Part shown: positions 1 to 9,525 of the stretch, in pieces
Layout of the letters: each line of letters begins with the position of its first letter
Position numbering within the stretch: position 1 is the first letter of the stretch
NCBI GenBank assembly: GCA_965226555.1
Contig: CBDDDG010000010.1
Coordinates: 448,001-512,000 of the forward strand
DNA length: 64,000 bases
Direction: 5' to 3'
Source of the DNA: Salinispira sp.
GTDB taxonomy: Bacteria > Spirochaetota > Spirochaetia > DSM-27196 > Salinispiraceae
Made by a program: the position numbers and the translations under genes
Notes under the pieces: model-generated
Seen by the model: only the letters and a program-made list of their open reading frames with translations
What the model was told of the DNA's origin: nothing
Database searches by the model: none

Positions 1-690
1 TATTCCATTGACTACTTTGTTGTTTTTTCACAATTACAAAAACATTTTCCGGGCTGTGAAATATCAGTACGTGAATTTTTCGATATAAAACAGCAGATAG
101 AAGAACAGATAAACAATTACACGGTAAAAGAAATTGAGGTACATGAGTTATTGACCATTATTAAAAAAGAAGGGTTTCAGGAAGAAATTGATGATCGGGG
201 AGTAAAGGTGTATACGACCACCATTTTGGTCAACACCGAAAAACTGGAAGCGCTGCTCAAGAAAAAAGCAGGGTATCGCAATATTGATGATCTGAGTTTT
301 CATTATGACCCCTACCGATTTGACTCCGGGCTGGAAGTTGCAGTATTTGAATATACTCTCGCAATGATTCAGGAGAAAAGGGAAAATATAAAGGATTTTC
401 TGTTTACTGGCGGTATAACCGACAAAAATAAAACTGATTTAGTTTTCGAATATCGCGACAAGGAAGGTATGCTCAGAAATTATACCCCGGATTTTCTCAT
501 TATTAAAAAGAATGGTGAATTTATTTTCATAGAAAGTAAGGGAAAACATTTAGCAGAAAACTTCAAAATCAAGGAAGAATACTTCCTATCGTATCTGACA
601 GAAAATTGTACATATAAATTGCTTGTAAGTGAAAATGAGAATATTCTTATGGATGATAAGCAATGGATACAGAAACAGATTGATAAATGA
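1..690 (+). CDS. Type III restriction enzyme Res subunit, C-terminal part (starts outside window)
   Basis: Frame open from base 1; C-terminal YTPDF...IESKG nuclease motif; directly upstream of a Mod-type methylase. Confidence 0.7.
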   Translation, partial: YSIDYFVVFSQLQKHFPGCEISVREFFDIKQQIEEQINNYTVKEIEVHELLTIIKKEGFQEEIDDRGVKVYTTTILVNTEKLEALLKKKAGYRNIDDLSFHYDPYRFDSGLEVAVFEYTLAMIQEKRENIKDFLFTGGITDKNKTDLVFEYRDKEGMLRNYTPDFLIIKKNGEFIFIESKGKHLAENFKIKEEYFLSYLTENCTYKLLVSENENILMDDKQWIQKQIDK

Positions 691-711
691 AGTTAAAGGA
701 ATAAATAAAAC

Positions 712-2460
712 ATGAAAATAACTGAAGTCAAAGGCCGTCCGCTCCTCAACTGGATAGGCAAAAAGACCATCGACATTTATGAAAACTACCCCGCCCAGCT
801 CATTGAAACCTTTAACAGTGATATGCGCAATGACAGCACACAGGCCCCGCTGCAATACAGCGGCTTAATGAAAGACTGGCACAACCTGCTTTTTCATGGC
901 GACAATATGGAAGTGTTAATCAACCTCTTACAAAACGGCTTCAGAGGAAAAATTGATGTAATTTACATAGATCCGCCCTTTGACAGCAAGGCTGACTATA
1001 TTAGAAAGGGAGAATTGCGCGGGGACGCAAGCAGCGAAAAAATGGAGGGGGAAGGACACAACCGTTTAGAGCAAAAGCAATATTTTGATATTTGGAAAAA
1101 TGACGACTACCTGCAATTTATGTATGAACGGTTAATTTTACTCAAGGAATTATTGAGTGACAGAGGAAGTATATACCTGCACTGCGACTGGCACAAAAAC
1201 CACCTTTTGCGATGTTTATTAGATGAGGTTTTCGGGGAAGAAAATTTTGTTAATGAGATTGTTTGGAATTATAGGAGTGGTGGAGCTTCAAAAAATGGAA
1301 CCCTCGCAAGAAAACATGATACTATATTATTTTATTCAAAAAATAAAGATTATTTTGAAATTAACACAATTATAGAAAGACAGTATTTGCAAAAACCATT
1401 TATGAATAGTAAAAAAGATGAGCACGGGAGGTTTTATGTAGATACTATCCTGACTGATACAATTAATGGAATAATACATAGAGTTATATCTAATAATAAT
1501 ATAAAAGAGTATAATACTAGACCAGTATTAAATTTATCGTATGAACGAACTGATTATCCCACCCAAAAACCAGAAGGCTTAATTAATATATTATTAGAAA
1601 TATCATCTAATGAAGACTCCATTATCTTTGATTGTTTTATGGGTAGTGGGACAACCCAAGCTGTAGCTCAAAAATTAAATAGAAGATGGATAGGAGCAGA
1701 TATCAATAAAGGTGCTATTCAAACTACTTCTAAAAGAATTCAAAAAATTATTAAAGAACAAGAAAAGAATTTAGATAAAAATCATTTCAATTTGAAATTT
1801 GCTCATTTCAAAGTCAATGATTACGATTTGCGCATATTACGAACTGAGGCAATAGAACTTGCCGTTGAAAAACTGGGAATTGAAAAACTCAACGATGTTT
1901 TTTTTGATGGCAAACGTGGTGATGCCCTGATCAGAATAATTGAATTTAATCATCCCCTGAGTCTTTTTGACCTCACAGATATTCAGGAAGAACTTAAAAA
2001 GAGACCGGAGGAAACACGGAACATTGCTATTGTCTGTCTTGGTGTGCGGGAAGACAGCAAAGCCGAAATTATCCGCTGGAATAAAAAAACACCGGTTAAC
2101 ATTCTTGAGATTATCGATTTGAACGAAAAGAAGTTTATGCTGCACGAACCCTGTAAGGCAGACATAGACTTTCATGATAATGTCCTTATTATCAACAATT
2201 TTTTTAGTCCGACAATTATCAAAAGGTTATATCACGATAAGAAACTTTACACTCCCGAAATAAAAGATTTCAGAGCGATGATAGATTGTGTATTAATTGA
2301 CAATGACTATAACGGCAAAGTTTTCAATATTGTTTACAGTGATGTTCCAGAAAAGAAAAAAGATCTCATACAGGGAAAATATAACATAGACGTCAAAGGA
2401 ATCGTCGCCATTAAAATTATAGATATGCTTGGAGAAGAATATTTTCAGATTTTGCGGTAA
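712..2460 (+). CDS. Type III R-M Mod subunit / N6-adenine DNA methyltransferase
   Basis: IYIDPPF catalytic motif, YPTQKPE, DCFMGSGTT SAM-binding motif. Confidence 0.85.
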   Translation: MKITEVKGRPLLNWIGKKTIDIYENYPAQLIETFNSDMRNDSTQAPLQYSGLMKDWHNLLFHGDNMEVLINLLQNGFRGKIDVIYIDPPFDSKADYIRKGELRGDASSEKMEGEGHNRLEQKQYFDIWKNDDYLQFMYERLILLKELLSDRGSIYLHCDWHKNHLLRCLLDEVFGEENFVNEIVWNYRSGGASKNGTLARKHDTILFYSKNKDYFEINTIIERQYLQKPFMNSKKDEHGRFYVDTILTDTINGIIHRVISNNNIKEYNTRPVLNLSYERTDYPTQKPEGLINILLEISSNEDSIIFDCFMGSGTTQAVAQKLNRRWIGADINKGAIQTTSKRIQKIIKEQEKNLDKNHFNLKFAHFKVNDYDLRILRTEAIELAVEKLGIEKLNDVFFDGKRGDALIRIIEFNHPLSLFDLTDIQEELKKRPEETRNIAIVCLGVREDSKAEIIRWNKKTPVNILEIIDLNEKKFMLHEPCKADIDFHDNVLIINNFFSPTIIKRLYHDKKLYTPEIKDFRAMIDCVLIDNDYNGKVFNIVYSDVPEKKKDLIQGKYNIDVKGIVAIKIIDMLGEEYFQILR

Positions 2461-2476
2461 TAGTCTTCCTGAATCC

Positions 2477-4021
2477 TTAGTTCTGCCGAAAATGACAGCC
2501 CTGCGATACCGGATTCGCCTGAGCTGCGCGCGCAACAATGCCCGCAGTAAGTACTGCGTTTCGGAGCTGGATGATGTTCCGGCTGGCATGCGCTTCCTTA
2601 TAAAACTGTTCAATGCGGTGGGAATAATAGTTCAGGTCGGCGAGGGCGCGGTTAAGGCGTTTTCGGCTGCGGGTGATGCCGACATAGTTCCACATTGTTG
2701 TCTGAATGTTTCGAATGTCATGATCGATGAGCAGGGGGTCGAAATCTGTTTCTTCCTTCGGATATACCCAGCCCGGAATGCTCTCAATTAGCTCGGGCTT
2801 GAGTCGGCGTTCCTTCTTTGCAATGTCGCCGGCTGCCCGCACGGCAAAAACCAGCCCCTCGAGCAGGCTCATGCTTGCCAGACGGTTAGCCCCATGCAGT
2901 CCGGTGCAGGCGCTCTCGCCAACAGCATACAGACCCCGAATGTTCGCAGCTGCGTTCATATTGGTTTTAATGCCGCCGCAGAAATAATGCGCCGCCGGTA
3001 CCACCGGGAAGGGCTCTTTCTCAATGTCCATATCCAGTTCACGGCAGCGCCGGTAAATTTCGGGGAAGCGTTCGGGCACATTGACCTTCAGGCCGCGGGC
3101 ATCGAGGAGGACAAAGCCGCTTGAGCTGTCCATTTCAGTATATATGGCTCGGGCGGTTTCATCGCGGGGGGCAAGGTCGCGGAGGTGCGGATGATACCGC
3201 TTCATGAAGTATTCCCCGCTGCGGTTCATGAGCCGCGCGCCTTCTCCCCGAAGAGCTTCGGTAATGAGAAAACGTTCGGCATCACGGTGAAAGAGCGTGG
3301 TTGGATGAAATTGAACATACTCCGCATTAATGATCTCGCAGCCAGCGCGGTAGGCCATGGCAATTCCATCGCCGGTGGCAGACGGCGGGTTTGAGCTATG
3401 AAGATAGATTCGCCCGATACCGCCGGTTGCCAATACCACCGCAGGTGAAAACATGGGCTGAATTTCTTCATTCTGCATAACATAGGCCCCGACAATACTG
3501 CGTTTGCGGTATTTCTGCTGCGGATCGCTGCTGTTGTGGGTGTTTGTTATAAGATCAACGGCAATAGATTCAGGATAAAAGCGTACCCGCTCTTCCCGCC
3601 GAAGAGTTTCAAGCAGGGCATCCTGTATTGCCTTGCCGGTCTGATCTTTCCGGTGAAGAATGCGTCGGAGTGAATGCCCTCCTTCACGGGTCCAGTCGAA
3701 GGCGCCGCTGTCATCGCGGTCGAAGGGTACTAATTCAGCAAGATATTCTTCAAGCAGACGCGGCCCCTCCCGGGCGACAAGCCGCACGGCCCGCGCATTA
3801 TTAATGCCGTCCCCTGTCCGCACAATGTCTTCAGCGAGGAGTTCGGGGCTGTCGCCGGGGCCGGAAGATACAATACCGCCCTGTGCCCACCAGCTGCTGT
3901 TGCGGGTAATATCGGCATCTTTTGAAAGGATACTCACCTGTAATCCGGCCCGTGAAGCCGCAAGGGCAGTAACAAGACCGCCTATCCCGCTGCCGATAAC
4001 CAGAACATCATGTACTTCCAT
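2477..4021 (-). CDS. nadB: L-aspartate oxidase
   Basis: GSGIGG FAD motif, WAQGGI, EGGHS, QFHPT, LHGANRLAS; next to nadC. Confidence 0.95.
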   Translation of the reverse strand: MEVHDVLVIGSGIGGLVTALAASRAGLQVSILSKDADITRNSSWWAQGGIVSSGPGDSPELLAEDIVRTGDGINNARAVRLVAREGPRLLEEYLAELVPFDRDDSGAFDWTREGGHSLRRILHRKDQTGKAIQDALLETLRREERVRFYPESIAVDLITNTHNSSDPQQKYRKRSIVGAYVMQNEEIQPMFSPAVVLATGGIGRIYLHSSNPPSATGDGIAMAYRAGCEIINAEYVQFHPTTLFHRDAERFLITEALRGEGARLMNRSGEYFMKRYHPHLRDLAPRDETARAIYTEMDSSSGFVLLDARGLKVNVPERFPEIYRRCRELDMDIEKEPFPVVPAAHYFCGGIKTNMNAAANIRGLYAVGESACTGLHGANRLASMSLLEGLVFAVRAAGDIAKKERRLKPELIESIPGWVYPKEETDFDPLLIDHDIRNIQTTMWNYVGITRSRKRLNRALADLNYYSHRIEQFYKEAHASRNIIQLRNAVLTAGIVARAAQANPVSQGCHFRQN

Positions 4022-4039
4022 TAATCCCCCGCGCCCGCA

Positions 4040-4918
4040 TCAGTCTATCCGCATGGAAAAATTATGATTCATTGCCGAATGCGTAATTGCCCCTGCCGAT
4101 ATGTATTCTAAGGGTAGATCGGCAAAACGCCGGATTTTTTCCGCATTGAAATCGCCCGATGCCTCAAAGGAAACCTGCCCATCCCGACCAAGCTCCTTCC
4201 TGAGCCGTAGCGCCGCGCGGCACTGCTCATAGCTCATATTATCGAGCATAATGCGGTCAACGGCGCCAGCGGGCATCGAAAGCGCTTCCCGAACATCTTC
4301 AAGATCTGCGCATTCCACTTCCACCGCATAACGCGCGCCCACGGCAGCGCGGATTTTTTTCACCGCCTGTGTAATGCTCCCGGCAGCGCTTATATGATTA
4401 TCCTTGATCATGATCATATCATACAGACCCATCCGATGATTCACCGCCCCGCCATCGCGGGCTGCCGCCTTGGAAAGCCGCCGATAGGCAGGCACTGTTT
4501 TGCGGGTATCAAGAAGGCGGGTGGGGGAATCGCCGAGCGCCGCGCTCAGGCGCCGCGCGCATGCCGCAACACCCGAAAGGAATCCTAAAAAATTGAGAGC
4601 AATTCTTTCAGCGCGCAGAAGATCACCGGCATTACCCTGAATTTCCATAATCTGACGTCCGTCTTCAAGTTCTTCCCCGTCACTTGCGGTACGGGTGATC
4701 CTCGGCTGTGCGCCGAGAGCTGCGGCAATAAACACCTGCTCCGCGCAATCAATACCCGAAAGCACACCCCATTGCCGGGAAAAGACGCTGGCGCGCATGT
4801 GTTCGGCAGAAAACAGCACTGTTCCTGTTATATCACCCGCATCACCAAGATCTTCCGCCATCGCCCTGCTGAGAAGAACATTGAACTCATCTCTGAGAAG
4901 CGGATCATTCAGATTCAT
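4040..4918 (-). CDS. nadC: Nicotinate-nucleotide pyrophosphorylase (carboxylating)
   Basis: LDTRKT, NHRMGLYD, IKDNH, IMLDN, EASG motifs. Confidence 0.95.
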   Translation of the reverse strand: MNLNDPLLRDEFNVLLSRAMAEDLGDAGDITGTVLFSAEHMRASVFSRQWGVLSGIDCAEQVFIAAALGAQPRITRTASDGEELEDGRQIMEIQGNAGDLLRAERIALNFLGFLSGVAACARRLSAALGDSPTRLLDTRKTVPAYRRLSKAAARDGGAVNHRMGLYDMIMIKDNHISAAGSITQAVKKIRAAVGARYAVEVECADLEDVREALSMPAGAVDRIMLDNMSYEQCRAALRLRKELGRDGQVSFEASGDFNAEKIRRFADLPLEYISAGAITHSAMNHNFSMRID

Positions 4919-4984
4919 AGTGTTCCATCCTCATAATGCGCATTCACTGGTATTCTGATATTTCCCACAGTCCCGGGGGCTTGC

Positions 4985-5365
4985 TTACCCCTTACCGTTT
5001 TCCCTGCTGTTTTCATGGCCGTTTTGCTGAAATGCTCGAATTTCATCTTCGCTGATCCCGGTAATTCTCTGGATGACCTCAGCCGACAATCCTTCAGAAA
5101 ACATACCGCGGGCGTTTTTTCTCCGCTCTTCCATATGCCCCTTCATTTCGCCTTCTTGACGACCTTCTTGACGACCTTCTTGACGACCTTCTTGACGACC
5201 TTCCTGAAGTCCTTTCTGAAGTCCTTTCTGAAGTCCTTTCTGAAGTCCTTCCTGCAGTTTCTGCCTGATCTCGGCTTGTACCTCAGCGTGGACTTTGGCT
5301 TGAAGATCATTGTACACGTCCAATTGCCATGGGTGTACTATTTCTATCCCTTCTTTTGTAATCAT
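4985..5365 (-). CDS. Putative internally initiated small C-terminal Rpn protein (RpnS-like, 126 aa)
   Basis: GGAGGAGGT 7 nt upstream of in-frame ATG (MITKEG). Confidence 0.6.
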   Translation of the reverse strand: MITKEGIEIVHPWQLDVYNDLQAKVHAEVQAEIRQKLQEGLQKGLQKGLQKGLQEGRQEGRQEGRQEGRQEGEMKGHMEERRKNARGMFSEGLSAEVIQRITGISEDEIRAFQQNGHENSRENGKG

Positions 5366-6118
5366 ATTAACTACCTCCTCCATAGTATGATTGTTAACAG
5401 TGACTTTTGATACATGAGTATTATAAAGTAGATCGCTCATAATGAGCAAGGACTCCTTCGCCTTATTCCCCGCGTCATGCTGGAGAATGTTCAAAAGATG
5501 TTTCTTGAACTCAGCGCGATTATCATCATTCAAATTTTTTCCGTAGCGCGAAAGATAAAAATAGGCAGCGACGCGACCGCTGGAATTGAGTATTTTATCC
5601 TCCTCAAGCGCTCTCACATCGATAACAGGATATTCGAAAATTTGGCGATATATACTCGGGATATTCTCATCTTCGGTAGTTATTTCCGGCCATTTATCCG
5701 ATCCTGTGTACAGAACAATGGGATATACCCAATGATGTCGGCGCATTTTCGAATTTCGAATATGTCGCTTGAGCATATTAGTATATTCGAATAGGCGATC
5801 ACTCATGGCATAGTCCACAGATGACTGATGCTCCAGAATAATATACACCATTTTCTCTTCCTTCTCTTTCCCGCAGCAGAAGGAAACTTTCGCAACAATG
5901 TCCGATATTTTACGCCTGAAATTCTTCGACTGCTCTCTGCCGAGCACTCTCTCGATGAACTCGTTGCTCATAAGGGTAATGTTCTCAGGGCGAACATACC
6001 GTATCCAGTCATCATTAATAAATTGCAGCAGTTGATGTATGGACTCCGCATCGCCAAACAAGAATTTGTGAGCTTCGTCCCATTGTTTTCGCTGCCGTGG
6101 AAGTGGGGATTTTTTCAT
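4985..6118 (-). CDS. Rpn/YhgA-like recombination-promoting nuclease (lone copy, rpn0)
   Basis: SDIV..YIILEHQS, YPIVLYTG, C-terminal GLQK/GRQE 4-aa repeats; start placed at MKKS behind GGAGG. Confidence 0.85.
   Translation of the reverse strand: MKKSPLPRQRKQWDEAHKFLFGDAESIHQLLQFINDDWIRYVRPENITLMSNEFIERVLGREQSKNFRRKISDIVAKVSFCCGKEKEEKMVYIILEHQSSVDYAMSDRLFEYTNMLKRHIRNSKMRRHHWVYPIVLYTGSDKWPEITTEDENIPSIYRQIFEYPVIDVRALEEDKILNSSGRVAAYFYLSRYGKNLNDDNRAEFKKHLLNILQHDAGNKAKESLLIMSDLLYNTHVSKVTVNNHTMEEVVNMITKEGIEIVHPWQLDVYNDLQAKVHAEVQAEIRQKLQEGLQKGLQKGLQKGLQEGRQEGRQEGRQEGRQEGEMKGHMEERRKNARGMFSEGLSAEVIQRITGISEDEIRAFQQNGHENSRENGKG
5150..5252. repeat. 12-bp tandem repeats encoding GRQE/GLQK tetrapeptides
   Basis: (ccttcttgacga)n followed by (cctttctgaagt)n. 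Confidence 0.9.
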
Positions 6119-6212
6119 AAACATTCCTCCTATATATATCAAACGGGAGAAATGCTATTTCTGAATATGTTTTCTGAAAAAAATTTATTTTTTTTCGGGA
6201 TGGGGCAGGCGA

Positions 6213-6237
6213 GGTCTGTCCAAAGGTTTATATCCCA
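6213..6237 (-). mobile_element. Copy of IS481-family left terminal repeat
   Basis: Reverse complement TGGGATATAAACCTTTGGACAGACC is 25/25 identical to 47758-47782. Confidence 0.9.
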
Positions 6238-6585
6238 CCAGTTCATACCGAAGGATATCGCTGCCGCCGTTGTCGGTCGGAGCAGTCCATGCAGCGGTGA
6301 TATAATTCTCTCCAACGGTGAACGTGAGAGCTGTCGGCGCCATGGGAACGGCAACGGGGGTTGCGGCGGCGCTCCCCGACCAATCACCATCGCCCTGAGC
6401 GTTCACGGCGCGTACCTGTACGCGGTAATTGCCGCCGTTTGTGAGTCCCCTCATGGTGTGGGCTGCGGGACGCGGGGACTTCGATAAAAATATTTACGGT
6501 TGTGCCGCCGTCCGCGTTATGGCGAAGGTGATATGCGGTAATGGCGCTGCCGCCGGTATCGGTCGGCGCAGTCCATGCAGCAATT
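6238..6585 (-). pseudogene. Fibronectin type III gene remnant
   Basis: GLTNGGNYRVQVRAVNAQGDGDWS...AWTAPTDNGGS, similar to FN3 genes at 43-52 kb; cut at the IS481 end. Confidence 0.8.
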
Positions 6586-6589
6586 AATG

Positions 6590-7018
6590 CTATGCAAAAG
6601 TTTCTAACAGGCGGGCGCCTCTTCCTGTCCAGAAACCTTCAATATCGTAGTACTCCCGTGCATCTTCAATCATAAGATGAATAACGAAGTATTCACAATC
6701 GAGGAGCAGCCAGAGGTCATCGCCGTCCTGCTGTTTTTTGCCGCCGCGGCAGGCAATGTTGTGCCGATAAAAGTACTCATGAAGACGTTTTACCGATCCT
6801 CTCAACTGTCCGGCAGAATGCACCGTTGCGCACAGAAAATAATCGGCAACATCTGAAATGCCCCGGAGATCCAGCGCAATAACATCGGCAAGACCGCAGC
6901 TCAGCATAAACGCGCCAAGCTGAGTAATCATTTCATCGGGCGCCCGCATCGGCTTCTGCCCCTGCTCCCGCGCTGGCTGGAGCGTTTTTTTGCCGTTTTC
7001 ATCATGCTCTTTCATCAT
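6590..7018 (-). CDS. rsfS: Ribosome silencing factor
   Basis: DVIALDL..ADYF, WLLLD..VIHLM..AREYYDIE; conserved nadD-yqeK-LCP-rsfS context. Confidence 0.9.
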   Translation of the reverse strand: MMKEHDENGKKTLQPAREQGQKPMRAPDEMITQLGAFMLSCGLADVIALDLRGISDVADYFLCATVHSAGQLRGSVKRLHEYFYRHNIACRGGKKQQDGDDLWLLLDCEYFVIHLMIEDAREYYDIEGFWTGRGARLLETFA

Positions 7019-8217
7019 TCTCCCTCACTCGATTGCACATGCCAACCGTTAAAGTCAGAACCCAGAATAATGGTTATATCAATTTCAGGATATTTTTCAA
7101 GCGGCTGCTCTGTTGTAATGTTCTCCGCCTGTATGAGGCTCCCGACTTTTCGGGCGTCTGCAACAGTACCGGAGCGGTTGACAATAACAGTTTTCTCATA
7201 GTCATCGGTTTCGGCATTGCCAATTCTGATAACCTCAAACCCAAAGTTCTCATAGAGCGACCGTGTTCGCGCGGCAAGCCCGTTCGCGCGGGTTCCGTTG
7301 AGGATCTCAAGCCGTTTTGAGAGCGCCAGTATGTACCCTTCTTCCAAATAACCGAAATTTCGGGATATCTGCGCTATGGAATCGCGGAGGAGCTTGCCTT
7401 CGAAGTGGGGAAAGAGGATGATCTCTGTTCCCTGAGACGTTTCTACTTCCCGCTCATTGCCGAGAATTCTCTGGGTGAGTATATCGTCTAACTTAAGATC
7501 GTTCAGAATAACAAGGAGGGCTCTGAGGGCGTTTTTTTTGAAATTCGCTCTAATGTGCCGGAAAAATCTGTTGAGATTGTCCGGCTGATTAAGCGGATAT
7601 TCCCGCATTGAGCGGAACAATTCACGCACGAAATTCCAGCGCCTTCCGATCCACTCCAATTCGGTTTCATCGCTGCTTTCGTATACAACAAAATCGACTG
7701 TTTTCTCGCCATCCAGACGGACATTGCCCCCCGGTATGAGAACGGAATTGCCGCCTTCCCCGCCGTCAATGGCAGTGGGAAGAAAAACCGTTATTCCCTC
7801 TATGAGATCAACAATGGTTTCAACATCCGATATGTCCATATCCAGAAAGAAATCGATGCGGGTATCGAAGATGTTCTGAAGAATGTCCCGTGTTTCAGAT
7901 GCGCCGAGTTCCCGATACAAATTGTCAATGCGGTCGACCCGTCCGAGCCGGGGTATAATGGTACCGAGTCGGCGGGGAACATCGTATACCGCCATATTCT
8001 TCGTGGCGCTGTCGATGAAGACTAACTGAACAAGAATGAGGTTTTTATCGTCAGAAATGAACATAAGAAGGGGAATGAGGGAGTTGTCTTCCAGAGATGC
8101 GGTAATATCATCATTCTGAACACCGATGAGCACAACACTAATAAATACCGCAATGAGAACAATAATACATAACATGGCAAGCATTGCAGGATTAAATAAT
8201 TTCTGATTCCGCTGCAT
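7015..8217 (-). CDS. LCP (LytR/CpsA/Psr) family protein with LytR C-terminal domain
   Basis: N-terminal TM helix, VDLIEGITV, C-terminal LEILNGT..GLA..IGNA..IILGSD. Confidence 0.85.
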   Translation of the reverse strand: MQRNQKLFNPAMLAMLCIIVLIAVFISVVLIGVQNDDITASLEDNSLIPLLMFISDDKNLILVQLVFIDSATKNMAVYDVPRRLGTIIPRLGRVDRIDNLYRELGASETRDILQNIFDTRIDFFLDMDISDVETIVDLIEGITVFLPTAIDGGEGGNSVLIPGGNVRLDGEKTVDFVVYESSDETELEWIGRRWNFVRELFRSMREYPLNQPDNLNRFFRHIRANFKKNALRALLVILNDLKLDDILTQRILGNEREVETSQGTEIILFPHFEGKLLRDSIAQISRNFGYLEEGYILALSKRLEILNGTRANGLAARTRSLYENFGFEVIRIGNAETDDYEKTVIVNRSGTVADARKVGSLIQAENITTEQPLEKYPEIDITIILGSDFNGWHVQSSEGE

Positions 8218-8222
8218 TATAA

Positions 8223-8813
8223 TTACTTTCCTTCCTTCCTGAGCATGTCATCGGCATACTTGTGAAGTTGACGGGTCAGTGGACCCATTTTTTTGCGGCG
8301 CTTTTTAGCATGGGCGTGAATAGCGATCACCATCTCCCAGGGAGACAAATTCATAACCTTATTCCGGAATTTTTCGCTTATATATTTTCTCTCAGGTTCA
8401 ATGTAATCGCTCACATAGAGTAATATACCAAGTTTATCCATACCCTTTCTGCCAAAGGTATGATCTTCAAGCGCGTTCAGCACCGAAGTATTTTTTACGC
8501 CGAAATTCCGCTGCAGCAGCAGAGCCGCGCAGCGTCCGTGAAGGAGCATGGGCTGCCTTTCCTCCGCCTTCCTCGGTTTGTAACCCGATGACAGGGCAAG
8601 CTTCAGAAGTTTCTTCGGCGTCCATTCACGAACCATATCGTGGGCAAGTCCAACCAATTTTGCATCCGCCTTTTTTACTCCGAACTGCTTCGCAAGTTTC
8701 GCGCAGGTCTGCGCCACTCTCTGAATATGCTCATACCGGCGTTTGCTGCATTGTTTCCGGAGAAAGGGCTCAAGTTCTTCAATAACTTCCTTTGTCTTCA
8801 TACCGTCCTGCAT
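8223..8813 (-). CDS. yqeK: HD-domain Ap4A hydrolase YqeK
   Basis: RYEH, GLAHD, LLHG, HT.G, SDYIEP.R. Confidence 0.85.
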   Translation of the reverse strand: MQDGMKTKEVIEELEPFLRKQCSKRRYEHIQRVAQTCAKLAKQFGVKKADAKLVGLAHDMVREWTPKKLLKLALSSGYKPRKAEERQPMLLHGRCAALLLQRNFGVKNTSVLNALEDHTFGRKGMDKLGILLYVSDYIEPERKYISEKFRNKVMNLSPWEMVIAIHAHAKKRRKKMGPLTRQLHKYADDMLRKEGK

Positions 8814-8877
8814 CTCTCATCTGTATATCTCAATTCATATGCCGATTCATATGCCGATTCATATCAATGTATATTGA

Positions 8878-9513
8878 TCATCGGATATAGAGGGAATGTT
8901 CCCGAATATAGCGATGAACAGCTTCATCAATAAACATTTCAACAGGCATCTTCTGAATGAGCGCTTCTCTGAGTTCTGCCGAAGAAATGTGGTATATCTC
9001 ATTTTCCATAAAATGCACCGAAGACGCATATTTTTCAAGCTCATTGGGCATTTTCGCATGCGCGCCGCTCCCGTTTCCCGCGTTTCCCGCACGGCTTCCG
9101 CTCCTCGCGAATACCGCGATCTGCGCGGTACTGAAAATACTCTGCCAGTCCTTCCACTTCGGCAGATCATTCAGTATATCATCGCCAACAATGAGGTACA
9201 GTTCGGCATCGGGATATTTTTTCCGCAGTGTCTGAATGGTCTCGCTGGTATAGCTTGTTCCCGCTCTTTCCAGTTCGGCAGAAAAAATGCGGATGTCATT
9301 TTCCGGCATCTTCCGCTTCAGAACATCGCGCATTAATTCCAGCATTGCGAGGCGTTCCTGCGCGCCGGCATGGTGCGGGTTTTTCAGGGGCGACTGGAAG
9401 GCCGGCACGAGGTAGAGACAATGTGGACGCAGAAGCCGAAACACTTCCTGCGCTATATGCCCATGCCCCTTATGCGGAGGATCAAAGCTCCCCCCAAACA
9501 GTGCTACTCGCAT
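8878..9513 (-). CDS. nadD: Nicotinate-nucleotide adenylyltransferase
   Basis: GGSFDPPHKGH, SYT..T, IVGDD, ISS..LR. Confidence 0.95.
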   Translation of the reverse strand: MRVALFGGSFDPPHKGHGHIAQEVFRLLRPHCLYLVPAFQSPLKNPHHAGAQERLAMLELMRDVLKRKMPENDIRIFSAELERAGTSYTSETIQTLRKKYPDAELYLIVGDDILNDLPKWKDWQSIFSTAQIAVFARSGSRAGNAGNGSGAHAKMPNELEKYASSVHFMENEIYHISSAELREALIQKMPVEMFIDEAVHRYIREHSLYIR

Positions 9514-9525
9514 TTTTTCATGTTC

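Noticed and set aside
4940..4985. IS481 right end downstream of rpn0
   Set aside because: Only weak similarity (gatatt..acagtccc); not convincing
8832..8865. 12-bp tandem repeat between nadD and yqeK
   Set aside because: Real but only about 2.5 copies, intergenic, with no evident consequence
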